A stretch of DNA of 63,815 bases, the filler included, from Chrysochromulina tobinii (taxonomy: Eukaryota), in the NCBI GenBank assembly GCA_001275005.1. It is 8 parts of 8 records of this genome, joined end to end, with 100 filler letters (N's around TTAATTAATTAA, not from the genome) between each part and the next. Parts side by side here need not be neighbours in the genome. Positions count along the whole stretch, not along the records: positions 20,779 to 42,536 come from JWZX01000777.1; positions 42,637 to 51,555 come from JWZX01000778.1; 6 more parts are not named here. One strand, given 5' to 3'. Below the pieces are notes generated by a model. It had not been told where the DNA came from. It did not search any database and saw nothing but the letters and a program-made list of their open reading frames with translations. Position numbers and translations under genes: made by a program. This document shows positions 40,807 through 51,655 of the stretch, in pieces (positions within the stretch are counted from its first letter, which is position 1; each line of letters opens with the position of its first letter).

Positions 40807-42150
40807 ATGGCCTTCGCCGAGGTCGGCCTCTACTGGGACTTTGAGAACGTCGGGATCGGCGCAGGTTTCAGCATGGCTGACCTGGCTGCTTTGCTGACCC
40901 GTGTTCGTGGCTACGGCCGCCTGCACGAGTCGCGCCTCTACTACGATTCGTGCAAGGCGTCGTCGGAGGGATTCTTGTCCAAGCACCGCGAGCTCGTCGA
41001 GCGGCTCGGCGTCACACTCGTCGACTGCCCGACGAGCGATAAGAAGGAGGCCATCGACAAGAAGATCATCGTCGACTGCTTGGTATGGGCGCTCGGGCGC
41101 TCGTCGCGGCTGCAACCCGCTTGCGTGGTGCTCATGAGCTCAGACGGTGACTTTGCGCACATGCTCTCACGCCTCGAGCAGCACGGTGTGCGCACGATCG
41201 TCATCGGGCGCTCGGCGGTGCTACGGACGGTGTGCCACACCGCGCTCACGCTGCGCGAGGCATGCAGCGGCGCCGACGCCAAGGCTGGTGGCGAAGAGGG
41301 CGGCGGCACAGAGGGCGGCGTTGCCGGCGATGCGAGCGGGAGCGGCGACCACGCACCTGCCGCCGTGCCAGCGGCGAGTGGAACCAAACGCAAGCGCTGC
41401 GGCGGTAGTGGCGCGGCAGCGGCCGCAGCCGCGTCGGACGCAGCCGTAGGTTCCGAAGCTGAGAGTGCGCGGCGTGCTGTGGTTTGCTTTGGCGCACCGA
41501 TCCTGCTGCGCTTTGTAGCCTGCGATCGATTCCTTGGGACGGAGGCGGGCGGCGCGCACGTCACCGCGGGCGGTGCTCCCGGGCGCCGTCCCGAGCATAT
41601 CCTTTGCTTTGAGCGCTCGGGCGCGGAAGCGGCTCGGGGAGCGCGTGGTGCGCCCGTGTGCCTCGGCATGGACGTGTCGGTGCTCGCACGCGTCTTCACG
41701 GGCAAGGGGACGCAGCGTTCGGAATGGCAATGCCCTCAGTGCCTCGCCACCTTCGACGCGTGGCCCGCGTGCCTCGGGCACGCGCGCGAGACGCGCCACG
41801 CGCCCCCGAAACCAGGCCACTTTCGGGTCCTCGACGAGAGGCACCTCGATGTGACGCCGCCGCCGCCGGCGCAGCAGCGCGCGGATGGCGCATCTGGCGT
41901 GGCGTGCGCGGTGCGGGCCCGCTGGTACGATCGCAGTGGCGATTGGCAGTGCATGCGAGTCGAGGGCTCAGCCGCAGCGGCGCATGGCACGCCGTTGCGT
42001 GTGGGCGATCGCGTCTTTCTGTGCTGCCCGAGCGCTGGCGGCGCCTTTTTGCACGCCGACCCGACCGCAGCGCCTGCGTCGCGGCATGTCGTCGCGCATT
42101 GGGCCGATCGGGGCGAGTGGCAGGAGTTGGAAGTGGTGTCAGGAGATTAG
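40807..42150 (+). CDS. NYN (LabA/limkain-type PIN-like) RNase domain + C2H2 finger + repeated WxDxGxWQ module
   Basis: LYWDFENV, KEAIDKKIIVD, LMSSDGDF; CPQC..F....ACLGH....H; VRARWYDRSGDWQ and VVAHWADRGEWQ. ATG 40807 is kept in the downstream duplicate, ATG 40732 is not. Confidence 0.85.
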   Translation: MAFAEVGLYWDFENVGIGAGFSMADLAALLTRVRGYGRLHESRLYYDSCKASSEGFLSKHRELVERLGVTLVDCPTSDKKEAIDKKIIVDCLVWALGRSSRLQPACVVLMSSDGDFAHMLSRLEQHGVRTIVIGRSAVLRTVCHTALTLREACSGADAKAGGEEGGGTEGGVAGDASGSGDHAPAAVPAASGTKRKRCGGSGAAAAAAASDAAVGSEAESARRAVVCFGAPILLRFVACDRFLGTEAGGAHVTAGGAPGRRPEHILCFERSGAEAARGARGAPVCLGMDVSVLARVFTGKGTQRSEWQCPQCLATFDAWPACLGHARETRHAPPKPGHFRVLDERHLDVTPPPPAQQRADGASGVACAVRARWYDRSGDWQCMRVEGSAAAAHGTPLRVGDRVFLCCPSAGGAFLHADPTAAPASRHVVAHWADRGEWQELEVVSGD

Positions 42151-42382
42151 GCACCAGGCGCCTCGATGGCGGAGTGATTCGTTCACACCATTTTCTTGTG
42201 GGGAATGGGAGTTAGAAGTGTCACCATTTCGGCGCACGCCGTGACTTTCTTGTGGGGAACGCCGAACGCGGTTTGGCCAGAGGCGGCCCGGCGGCCTTTC
42301 TTGTAAACACCTCTCTTTCCCCACTGCACCACGACTCTCGGGCATTTTGCCGCCTCGCGCGCTTGCTATGAGAGAGGCGAGG

Positions 42383-42536
42383 TGTTTACTCGACCGCCCT
42401 GAGGCTGCCCAGGGATCGTTTGCTTGCTGCAACCCCCTTGACCCCCTTACGGTCCTCCGAGGCCGCGTCGAACCCGCTCCGCCGACGGCGGCCAACCTGG
42501 CCCTCTGTCGCCCACGATGGCCTTCGCCGAGGTCGG
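42383..42536 (+). repeat. Direct duplicate of ~40666-40826: upstream region and first codons of a second NYN copy, cut by contig end
   Basis: Near-identical through ..CCCACGATGGCCTTCGCCGAGGTCGG. Confidence 0.9.
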
Positions 42537-42636
42537 NNNNNNNNNNNNNNNNNNNNNNNNNNNNNNNNNNNNNNNNNNNNTTAATTAATTAANNNNNNNN
42601 NNNNNNNNNNNNNNNNNNNNNNNNNNNNNNNNNNNN
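42537..42636. other. Artificial contig linker
   Basis: N44-TTAATTAATTAA-N44. Confidence 0.99.
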
Positions 42637-42638
42637 CC

Positions 42639-43778
42639 GACGGCGCCGACGACGATGAGGCTACCGGCGCCGCCGCCACATCGCCCTCCGTCGCGAGCTG
42701 CAGCGGCGGCCTCTTCGGTGGCGGGAGCAGCGGCGGCTTTGGCTCGGGTTCCCGGCCGCTGCTCTCGGCGACCAAGAAGAAGCTCGCGACGCGCGCCAAG
42801 CTGAGCGTCGTCACCCTCGCCGAGAAGGAGCTACGCGAGATGCGCGAAAAGGAGCGCAAGGAAAGGGACACTGCGAAGGAAGCGGCGCTCGCGCTCGCAC
42901 GCGCACAGGCGGCGAAGGAGGAGGCGGAAGCGTCCAGGGCGGCAGCCGCGGCGAAGGCCGCAACCGCCGCAGCGGTCGCAGCGGCCGCAGCGGCAGCCGA
43001 GACGAAGGCCGCAACCGCCGCAACGGCCGGAATAGCTCCACCTCAGTCAGCAGCGGCGGGGGATGCGGGCGGCGGCCCTTCATCCTTCACAGCGGCCCTT
43101 CACAGCGGCGGCCCTTCATCCTTCACAGCGGCCAACCGGCGCGATATCGGCGGCGACGGCGCGCGTGACGCGCTGACGACGCGCGCGCTCGGCACGGCGT
43201 CGCACACACGCGCGCCAGCGCTCGGCACAGCGCGTCCACGGAGCCGATCTCGCAGCCGCAGCCGTGGGCGCCATCGTGAGCGTTCGGCTTCACGTGAGCG
43301 GCGTGGCGGCGGCGGCCGCGGCAGCGGTGGCGACGCATCTTCACGGAGCCCGCGAGCGCACCGTAGCCGCAGCCGCAGCCGTAGCCGTAGCCGCAGCCGA
43401 CGCCGCAGCCGCAGCCGCAGCCGCAGCCGCAGCCGCGGCCGCGGTGGTCGCGGCGATCGCGCAGAGCGAGGAGGCCGACGCGACAAGGAGCGCAGCCGCA
43501 GCCGCGAGCGCAGCCGCGAACGCGAGCGCAGCCGCAGCCCCGCGTTGCGGCGTAAGTTTCCCGACAAGCAAGGTGGCGGTGGCGGCAGCGGTAGCGAGAA
43601 GCACCGCGGCTCGATGCCCCCCCGACGCGAGTCACAGCGCAAGGGGCGTAGCGGCAGCCGCAGCCGCAGCCGCAGCCGCAGCTGCAGCCGCGAGCGCGGT
43701 GGCGGCGGCCGCTCCAGGGAGACGACGAAGCGACCTCCCAACCACCAGCCACCGCCGCCGCGCGGCATGGGGCGGTGA
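42639..43778 (+). CDS. RS-domain (SR-related) protein, 5'-partial
   Basis: Open from contig start; several (RS)n tracts encoded by (CGCAGC)n. Confidence 0.7.
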   Translation, partial: DGADDDEATGAAATSPSVASCSGGLFGGGSSGGFGSGSRPLLSATKKKLATRAKLSVVTLAEKELREMREKERKERDTAKEAALALARAQAAKEEAEASRAAAAAKAATAAAVAAAAAAAETKAATAATAGIAPPQSAAAGDAGGGPSSFTAALHSGGPSSFTAANRRDIGGDGARDALTTRALGTASHTRAPALGTARPRSRSRSRSRGRHRERSASRERRGGGGRGSGGDASSRSPRAHRSRSRSRSRSRSRRRSRSRSRSRSRGRGGRGDRAERGGRRDKERSRSRERSRERERSRSPALRRKFPDKQGGGGGSGSEKHRGSMPPRRESQRKGRSGSRSRSRSRSCSRERGGGGRSRETTKRPPNHQPPPPRGMGR

Positions 43779-43911
43779 GTTGTCAGTTGAGATATGAATT
43801 GGCATACCAACTATATTACAATTACGAAGGGTTACGAGGCTTGTACGAAGGTGTTTGCGAGTTCGTTGAAACCGCTCTTGACGTAATTGACGTAATTTCC
43901 GGAATTCTCAA

Positions 43912-45585
43912 ATGCTGACGCGTACCCTGCTCGACGCGCACTCAATACTGGACGCCGGGTTGGTGGGTGGCGGCCTCCTGTGGCGGCCCAAACCCTTCCA
44001 CGATCATCGTGTCGCCTGGCGTGTGACACACCCGGGGCTGCATCGCAAAATCCTCTCTCTCGATGACGCCGAGCTGGCCGAGGTGCAACACAACCAGCGA
44101 GCGCTGCACGAGCTTGTTGGAGAGTACGAGCCGTCCTTTGCGCCCATGTCGCACGTTTCGCGTGAGATCGATGCTGAGGCACAGGCATCATTCAACCCAT
44201 CGGCTTCTTTGCGCAAGAGCGACTCACGCGCGCACATTGGCGTGCCTGGGAAAAAGTGGAGGCAGGTATGACGGGGCTCTGGAGCGAACCGAACCAGCCT
44301 TCGCCCACCTTGATGCGATGGCCTCATCCTGCCACCTTGCCTCCCACATGGTCGGCCTCACGTGTGCCAGATCTCGGCCTTCGCGAGCGCGATGCCCAAG
44401 CGCCGCATACCCGCCGTCGAGTGGTGCTCTGGGAAAGGGTACTTGTCGCTGCAGCTCCTGGGGCAAGAGGCAGCCACGTCATCGATCTGCCTCGAGATCT
44501 CGCCGACGCTATGCGCGACTGGTCAGCAGCTGGCCTCCGAGGCTGGGCTCCCGCTCACCTATCGTGTCGCCGACGTCCTCAGCCTCGCGGATGAAGACCT
44601 GCCATATTTGGTAGGCTCGGGTCCGGCACTGCACGTGGCATTGCATGCATGTGGAGGGCTCCATCGGCGAATGGTGCGCGGCGCCGTCGCCGCGCGTGCC
44701 GCACACGTCGCGGTCGCTCCCTGCTGCTTCCACAAGCACCCACCTCAGGGCGACGGGGCGGCGCCCGCCCAACTGCTCTCGGCACGCGCCGCGAGGGCAT
44801 CGCAGCTCGTGATCAGTTGGGAAGAGTTACGGCTGGCCAGCGCGTCCGGCTTTGCGGCGAAGCGGCGCGACGAGAATCTGCGCACCCGGGAGATTACGTG
44901 GCGTCTAGCATTCGCTGCGTGGCACCGGCGCGTGCACGCGCATGTGCATGGCGGCAACCGCGACGCGCCGCTGGTGTCGCCTAATTTGGACTCCATTCGA
45001 GGTTCGTCACATGCGACTAATTTGGACTCCAGCGGCCTCGAATGTGACGACATTCGCTGCGACCGATCCGAATGGGACCGTGAAGACCTACGGCGCTGTG
45101 AAGACGATGACGACGGCCGCGGCGATGGAGATGATCGCGCCCGTGACGGCGCCTACGGGGCGAGTGTGGAGGGCTCGTTTGGCCCGGGCGCCGTGCGGCT
45201 GCCGTCCGTGCCGAAGCTCCTTCTCTCACAGGGCGATAGCACTCGACACACCGTCGACGGCTTTCGCGCCTTTTGCAAGTGGGCCGTCTCCGCGCCTGGC
45301 AAGAGTGCCAGCTCGCGGGCTTGGCTCGCCTTGGCCCTCGAAGAGCATTTGACGAAACGCGAGGCGTCGCTTTGCCTCGAGCTCGGCGCGGCGCAGGCCG
45401 CGCGGCTCGCGCGGCTCGAGCTCGTGCGGCACGCGTATCAGCGCCCTCTCGAGCAGTGGCTGTGCCTCGACGTGGCGTTGTACCTCGAAGAGTCGGGCTA
45501 CAGTGCGGAGGTTCGTCAACTGTGTGAGCGCTCCGTCTCGCCGCGCAATCTGCTCGTGTGCGGCGAGCGGCTCGATAATCTTTGA
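43912..45585 (+). CDS. SAM-dependent methyltransferase (Methyltransf_32-like); intron 44266-44370
   Basis: LWRPKPFH, GVPGKKWRQ|ISAF, VEWCSGKGYL, VALHACGGLH, APCCFH, RPLEQWL.LD.ALYLEE.GY, SPRN; GTATGA..GCCAG intron in phase 0. Confidence 0.82.
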
Positions 45586-45814
45586 GTGCTCCCACGTTGC
45601 CGGGCCCAGAAATTAGGTGACAAGTTCAAGTTCAAGTTTTGTTTCCATGAAGTTTCCTTAACTTGACTTGTCTTGGCGTAACGCGACACTTTTCGCCCTC
45701 GCCTCTCTCGAATCTTGTGGTCGGAACGGAAGATCCCTCCCCCTGTCGCGCTCACCCCGCGACACATTCCGTGACAGACCGGGATCGTTGGCACCGGGAT
45801 CGGCACGAGCGCCG

Positions 45815-47962
45815 ATGGAATCGTTGGCGGAAGTCATCAAGGCGATCGCTCTCGAGCCGCGGCCGTTGGACCCCACAATGGCTGTGCCGCTGTCCGTGGG
45901 GGCGGCGGTGGACAGCCAGCTGCCGCAGCCTCCGCGCCTGGTGAGTTTGAAGGCAGGGAAGGAGGCCGCGGCGGCTGCGAAGAAGGTGGAGAAGGAGGCC
46001 GCGGCGGCTGCAAAGAAGGTGGAGAAGGAGGCCGCGGCGGCTGCAAAGAAGGTGGAGAAGGAGGCCGCGGCGGCTGCAAAGAAGGTGGAGAAGGAGGCCG
46101 CGGCCGCGAAGAAGGCTGAGAAGGCGGACAAGGCGAAGAAGGATGCCGCGGCGGCCGCGAAGAAGGTGCAGAGGGCGGAGAAGGCGGAGAAGGAGCTCGC
46201 CCGCACAAAGGTCGAGGCGGTGCGCGAGACCGAGCGCCGCACCGAGTACCGCTGGCCCCGCGGCCCCTGCCCCCTCAGCTGCGGCTGCGGCTGCGGCGGC
46301 GGCGGCGGCGGCGGCTGCAGCTGCCTTCGCGAGGATGGGTCGTTCACGTTGCCTCTGCCGCACATCGTGGGCGCTGTGGCGGGCGCGCCACCGGGGCAGC
46401 CTCCGGCGCCGTGGCGGTCGCTGATTGACATTCGGGAGACTCGTGAGCTCCATAATCAGCTCGCACACGAGATTCGGCAGCGGCAGCAGCGCGAGGGTCT
46501 CGTCGTTGTCCCGTGGGAGAGCGTCTCGTTCGACAAGATCTTGGATAAGGGAGCATTCAGCACCGTCACGAAGGCGAAGCTGAACATGACGCCGTGCGCG
46601 GTCAAGATGAACGATGTGCTCTCGAGTCACGGAGTTGTCGAGGCTCTCGCGCTGCTCGACGAGTGCTCCATGATGGCAATCATCCATCATCCGAACATTG
46701 TCAAGACGCTTGGGATCGCCTTCGACGCGCCCGCAAAGATCGGCTTGATTATGGAGCTCATGAACTGTTCACTGCATGAGCTCATGCATGCGCACGCCTT
46801 CAGCTTCCGCGAGTTGCAACGCTACGTCAATTGGGCAGATTCGCTGCTCGCGATTGCAACGGACATTGCGATCGGGATGACCTACTTGCACTACCGTCAC
46901 ATCATCCACCGCGACCTCAAGCCGCTCAACGTGCTCATGACCGACGGATGGACGGCCAAGGTGGCCGACTTTGGCGAGGTGAGCCTCATCAAAGGTGCAC
47001 GCGATGCCCAGCACGACGCCGGCGTGCGAGCCGCTCCCACGGGCACGTGGCGGAGCAGATTTCTCTCGGCATTGGCATCCGAGGCCAGCGGCGGCGTCAG
47101 CGACTTGAGCAGCTTGGACGCCACTGAGGACCAGGCTGGGCTCAAGTCTGCCCCCCAACTCGTCGCGTCAAAGTTGACACTGAGGGCCGACAAGTCGGGG
47201 GTCGTGCGCATTCATGGCACTTTGTCATACCTATCACCTGAGGCTGCGAGCGTCGACATACCTACTGCGCCGCGGGTGGGTTCGCCAACGGACGTGTGGA
47301 GCTTTGGGTGCTTGTTGGCGCACTGCGCGGCGCGCGCACCGCCCTATACGGACGTAAAATGTCAATCGGCACACGAGGTGATACGACAATTGCGGGATGG
47401 TCGCGCCAAGCCGCTCTCGATGGTCGTCGAAGGCGACAACATGCCTGCGCTGCTCATGGCCATTGCTCGGGAGTGTACGTGCGTCGCCCCCGAGCAACGG
47501 CCCACGTTTGCCCAGATCTCGGCGCGCCTCACCGATCCGAACCTGATTCGTGTGGTTTGCTTCGAGGGCATGCGCATGGACGAGGAGGATCTCGATCTCG
47601 ATCTCGATCTCGATCTCGATCCGAGCGACTCGGATCTCGAGGCGCGCCGCCCACCGTTCAATCTCTCCACACCGGAGAAGTGGACGAAGGAGGCCGACTG
47701 TCCCAAGCTCAGCCCGGGGTTCACTCTCAAGATCCCAAAGTCAAGGTTCCCGGGACCCAAACCCCCTGCCGTGCAGCCGTTCCCGGGACCCAAACCCGAT
47801 TTCGTCCAAAAGGGGCTGCACGGCATCGGCATCGGCTTCCCCGAGGTGTGCACTGATCCCGAAGGGGACACGGAGCCGCGCGTGGGCTATGTCAACTCGC
47901 TGGTGGCGCACGTGCAGCGGATCGTCGGCGTGCACGCGGCCACAGCAGGGGACGCGAGGTGA
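45815..47962 (+). CDS. Tyrosine-kinase-like (TKL) protein kinase with N-terminal KEAAAAAKKVE repeats
   Basis: KGAFSTV, AVK, HPNIV, HRDLKPLN, DFG, long activation-loop insert, GTLSYLSPE, DVWSFG, RPTF. Confidence 0.92.
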   Translation: MESLAEVIKAIALEPRPLDPTMAVPLSVGAAVDSQLPQPPRLVSLKAGKEAAAAAKKVEKEAAAAAKKVEKEAAAAAKKVEKEAAAAAKKVEKEAAAAKKAEKADKAKKDAAAAAKKVQRAEKAEKELARTKVEAVRETERRTEYRWPRGPCPLSCGCGCGGGGGGGCSCLREDGSFTLPLPHIVGAVAGAPPGQPPAPWRSLIDIRETRELHNQLAHEIRQRQQREGLVVVPWESVSFDKILDKGAFSTVTKAKLNMTPCAVKMNDVLSSHGVVEALALLDECSMMAIIHHPNIVKTLGIAFDAPAKIGLIMELMNCSLHELMHAHAFSFRELQRYVNWADSLLAIATDIAIGMTYLHYRHIIHRDLKPLNVLMTDGWTAKVADFGEVSLIKGARDAQHDAGVRAAPTGTWRSRFLSALASEASGGVSDLSSLDATEDQAGLKSAPQLVASKLTLRADKSGVVRIHGTLSYLSPEAASVDIPTAPRVGSPTDVWSFGCLLAHCAARAPPYTDVKCQSAHEVIRQLRDGRAKPLSMVVEGDNMPALLMAIARECTCVAPEQRPTFAQISARLTDPNLIRVVCFEGMRMDEEDLDLDLDLDLDPSDSDLEARRPPFNLSTPEKWTKEADCPKLSPGFTLKIPKSRFPGPKPPAVQPFPGPKPDFVQKGLHGIGIGFPEVCTDPEGDTEPRVGYVNSLVAHVQRIVGVHAATAGDAR

Positions 47963-48779
47963 AGGTGACGAGCAGCGTTGTCTTCCGCCTCGATAATAGA
48001 TAATTTAGTCCATTGAATCATCGCGCCCTCCCGCTTGGCAAGCGCACCACCACGCGCACTCCACACCGTTTGCCCCCAAACCCGGACCATCGAGCCCCTC
48101 ACGGCCCCTCGCGGTTTCTCAATTCCTTCGTCCTGTTATTTTTTAGGCTGAAGGTGACACGTACATTGAGGCTTAGGAGCGCTCGCGAGCGCAGTGCGCA
48201 AGAAGGCCGACGGAAAGAAGGCGCAAGAACGGAAAGAGAGCGGGGTTCTTGGGTCATCCGCGGCTTGTTTTCGGGCCCTAACAACAAGCCGCAACAAAAT
48301 GTCGACGGCAAATTCAACGTCAGTCGGCCTTCTCTTCGTCACCCTCGCGCGTCTCTGGATAAAGTCGCCCATAGAGTCGACAGAGAAGCACCATGGCAAT
48401 GACGGTGATTGCCGATATGCCGGTGATAGCCCATATGCTGTGATCGCCATCGATCAACGTGTAGCCAAAGTTGGTAATCTTGATCTGCACCATGGAAAGG
48501 CAGCAGTCTAGTATGGTAGTAGTCACTGAGACGGCAGCGGTCGCGTGACGACGCCTCTGATCACCTCGTCAGTCCCGCCAAGCACATGTGCACACAGTCG
48601 CGTCTGCGAGCGGAAACTTCACACTCGAGAGTTTCTTGCGGACTTTCGTCATCATTTCAATACAGGACCTGCAACCTCGAGACCGCTGATGCTTCACGGT
48701 GAAAAACGATCATCAAACTATTCTGGCGCTCTAGTTTTCTTGAGTCGCTGATTCGAGAACCAAAGAAGCACGTGGCCTC

Positions 48780-49442
48780 TCACCCACCGTCCGACCCGCT
48801 GTGTGCGAACGTGGGCGCGGCAGCGGCTTGATCCACTTGTTCCGCGTCATTTTCCAAGCTGCACCCTCGCAAGCGCTCCTCACACGCCGCCAGGCCCTGT
48901 GCGCGCAGCCGCACACGATTGCGCGCCGGGATGGCATCCGCGCCAGGGTACGATTGCACCGCTCGGAGAACGTCTATCTCCCGCAGGAGCTGCACGGTCG
49001 GAAAGGGCGCCCGGATACTGTAGTCACCAGCGTCGGCAGGAGCGCCGTCCTCGATGTACGTGGTGTGCGTCGCGTTCGGGTGGAAGAGAACGATTTGCAG
49101 ATGCTCTCCGTGGCCGGGTTCAAGAATCGCCTCCTCCTGTAGACGCCACGAGAGCGAGACGAGGTCGCGCCAGCTGAGTGGATGGCCACCGGTGGCCTCG
49201 TTCAGTATGATCAACGTCGTCTCGCCGGCGGCTGGTGCCAGCGTCGGGTCGTCAATACCCCTTCGGAGAGCTGTTGCAGCTGCTGCAACCTCTCGAACGA
49301 TGCCGTCCAAATTTTCAGCACGCGAGACGAGCAGATTGAGCTGCGGCGGTGCGCGCACGGGAGGAGCGAACGGACACAGTCGCTGGCCGATCACGATGCG
49401 ATCGAGCCAGCGTCGCGTTGCGCGGAGCCTGCTGGCGCACAT
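48780..49442 (-). CDS. DUF1415-family protein
   Basis: TRRWLDRIVIGQRLCPFA, LQIVLFHP, DYSIRAPFPTVQLLRE, IPARN. Confidence 0.85.
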   Translation of the reverse strand: MCASRLRATRRWLDRIVIGQRLCPFAPPVRAPPQLNLLVSRAENLDGIVREVAAAATALRRGIDDPTLAPAAGETTLIILNEATGGHPLSWRDLVSLSWRLQEEAILEPGHGEHLQIVLFHPNATHTTYIEDGAPADAGDYSIRAPFPTVQLLREIDVLRAVQSYPGADAIPARNRVRLRAQGLAACEERLRGCSLENDAEQVDQAAAAPTFAHSGSDGG

Positions 49443-49582
49443 CTTCACTATTCGGTGGAAGCGAAAAGGCGAGCGCTGTGAACGCACAGTTCGATCATCT
49501 GAAAATGCGAGTGTGACATTTGTGTTGCTCCAACGCTTACCAGACGTCGAGCTGTGAACAGTTTCTTACACTAAACTGCTAT

Positions 49583-51331
49583 TTATACCCCGTTACCAAC
49601 AACTGGGGCTACTCTCTCTACCACAGCCGCTGCATCCATCGCCGCCAGGCCAACGCTGTCCGAGCAGCCGTAGTCGTCGCTGGTCGTCGTCGTCGTCGCG
49701 CTCGCATCGGACAGGGCTCGCTGGCGTGCCTTCTGCGCGGCAGCATGCCAGTCGATGGCCACGTAGAGGTAGGCGTACTGGCCGATCAGCGCGAGGATCA
49801 TCGCGACCACGAGCCCGAGCCAAATGCCCTCCTCGTCCATGCTGGCGTGAAACGCGAGCAGCGTCCCCAACGGCAGACCCACGCCGAAGAAGGCGACGAG
49901 GTTGATCGTCGCGGCGACGCGTAGCCGGGCACCCACACCAAAGAGTATCTGCTGTGAGAAGCCCGAGACGCACGTGGCGAGGCACGAGTACAGTGTCGTG
50001 TACGGGAGCAGCTGGGCGACATGCGCGCGCACCTCGGCGTCGTCCACGAAGGCGGCGGCAATCGGATCGCGTAGGCTGAGCAGCACGACCGCCTCAACCA
50101 ACGTAATGGCCATCGCCATGCACCACGCGACACGCGCACAAAAGATGGCCTCCCGCGGGCGCCCCGCTCCAAGTAGGTTGCCCACCCGAATGTTCGCGGC
50201 GAGCCCAGGCCCGAAGGCCACCAGGAACTGGCACACGAAGATCGTGGTGCAGATCGGGATCGCCTCGATCGCGGGGCAGCTCGCGCTGTGGGAAAGGGCG
50301 GGGCTCGAGCCGTTGCTCATCGAGGAGAGTGGCGGCTCGCTCATCGCGCCGTTCTGGGCATTTGAGCTCGCGCGCGAGCATAGCCCGCTCGCCACGAAGA
50401 GGGTGCACTCCCACCCGCCCCATTCGGACATGATCATCACGCACGCGGGCCCGCCACGGGTCACAATGTCCACCCAGCCTTCGAAAGCATGTCGGGCGTC
50501 GCGAACCCACGCAGGCCATGTGCGCAGCTTGTGCCGCCGAAGCAAGCAGGGCGCGGCGGCGTAGATCGCGAGGCCCTGGGCGAGCTCGACGATGGTCAAC
50601 GCCCAGGGCGCACCCTCGAACCCGAGCACCGAGGGCTGTGTGAGCGCGGTCACAAGGGCAGCCTGGGTGAGGGCTCCGGCGACCATCACGAGCATCGGCA
50701 GCTGGACGAAGCGCTGCGCATTCAGGAAGCATTGGACGTCGACGAAGAGGATCATACCGGGCACACCCACGAGCCGAATCCACAAGAAGGTCTGGGCGGG
50801 TTGGGTCACCTCCTCTGGCAGCCCGGCGAGGGAGAAGAGGAAGCCCGCGGCAGCAGTCAACGGCACGGCTGCGCACGCCGCAAGGAGCGTGTGCAGGATG
50901 AGCACCCTCATCAGGAGATGGCTCACGCGGTGGTGGTTGCCAGCGCCGAATGCTTGCGAGAATAGTGGCGTCGCTCCAAACGTGGTCGAGAGCAGCAGCA
51001 TCTTTTGCGAAAAATTGGCGTACATGAGAGCCATCCCCGCGGCACCGACGAGCACGGCGCCGTTTGGCAGACGGCCCACGGCCAGCAGAAGAATGGTCCC
51101 GGGAGCGAACGCGCAGAGCTGCGCGGTAGATTGTGGCCAGGCGAGCCTGAAGACCTTGCTCACCTCCGCGCTGATCTTCGAACTGCCTCTGTTGCTGTCG
51201 GCCACCACAAGTGCGTCGACAGCCTCCAGCGACGACGACGACAGTCGGGTGGCGCCACCTTGCAGTGCTTTGCACCTACTGCTGTTGGTGGATGTGGTGC
51301 CGGCGGCCATGGCACTCGGTGATTGGCACAT
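49583..51331 (-). CDS. MATE multidrug/toxin extrusion transporter
   Basis: RLAWP, LFSQAFGA, PACVMIMSEW..WE, IRVGNLLGAG, NLVAFFGVGLPLG, GIWLGL, DW; ~12 hydrophobic segments. Confidence 0.93.
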   Translation of the reverse strand: MCQSPSAMAAGTTSTNSSRCKALQGGATRLSSSSLEAVDALVVADSNRGSSKISAEVSKVFRLAWPQSTAQLCAFAPGTILLLAVGRLPNGAVLVGAAGMALMYANFSQKMLLLSTTFGATPLFSQAFGAGNHHRVSHLLMRVLILHTLLAACAAVPLTAAAGFLFSLAGLPEEVTQPAQTFLWIRLVGVPGMILFVDVQCFLNAQRFVQLPMLVMVAGALTQAALVTALTQPSVLGFEGAPWALTIVELAQGLAIYAAAPCLLRRHKLRTWPAWVRDARHAFEGWVDIVTRGGPACVMIMSEWGGWECTLFVASGLCSRASSNAQNGAMSEPPLSSMSNGSSPALSHSASCPAIEAIPICTTIFVCQFLVAFGPGLAANIRVGNLLGAGRPREAIFCARVAWCMAMAITLVEAVVLLSLRDPIAAAFVDDAEVRAHVAQLLPYTTLYSCLATCVSGFSQQILFGVGARLRVAATINLVAFFGVGLPLGTLLAFHASMDEEGIWLGLVVAMILALIGQYAYLYVAIDWHAAAQKARQRALSDASATTTTTSDDYGCSDSVGLAAMDAAAVVERVAPVVGNGV

Positions 51332-51477
51332 GGGGCCCGGAGCGGTCTCGAAGATCGCGACGATCGACCGCGGATGTTCAGACGTCCTCGCGATTCTATC
51401 CGATTCCGCGAAAGCACGCGTCTGTTTTCACGTTCCACCGCAGGTGTGAACAGTGTGTAATTGTTTTCGAGGTTATT

Positions 51478-51555
51478 GCTCAACACGGATCTAATAGTTA
51501 CACCACATGCTCAACACGGACTTAGCAAGTCCGTGTTGAGCTAAGTCCGTGTTGA
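51478..51555. repeat. GCTCAACACGGA motif cluster with a perfect 15-bp hairpin at the contig end
   Basis: GCTCAACACGGACTT-agc-AAGTCCGTGTTGAGC (51509-51541) plus two more copies. Confidence 0.85.
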
Positions 51556-51655
51556 NNNNNNNNNNNNNNNNNNNNNNNNNNNNNNNNNNNNNNNNNNNNT
51601 TAATTAATTAANNNNNNNNNNNNNNNNNNNNNNNNNNNNNNNNNNNNNNNNNNNN
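51556..51655. other. Artificial contig linker
   Basis: N44-TTAATTAATTAA-N44. Confidence 0.99.

Noticed and set aside
20915..42150. RNA-metabolism gene cluster (RluA, TrmA, EXD, NYN)
   Set aside because: Interspersed with unrelated genes and likely in different compartments; chance is sufficient
48320..48526. Small minus-strand ORF with one TM-like segment
   Set aside because: Short, with no recognisable motif or clear gene structure
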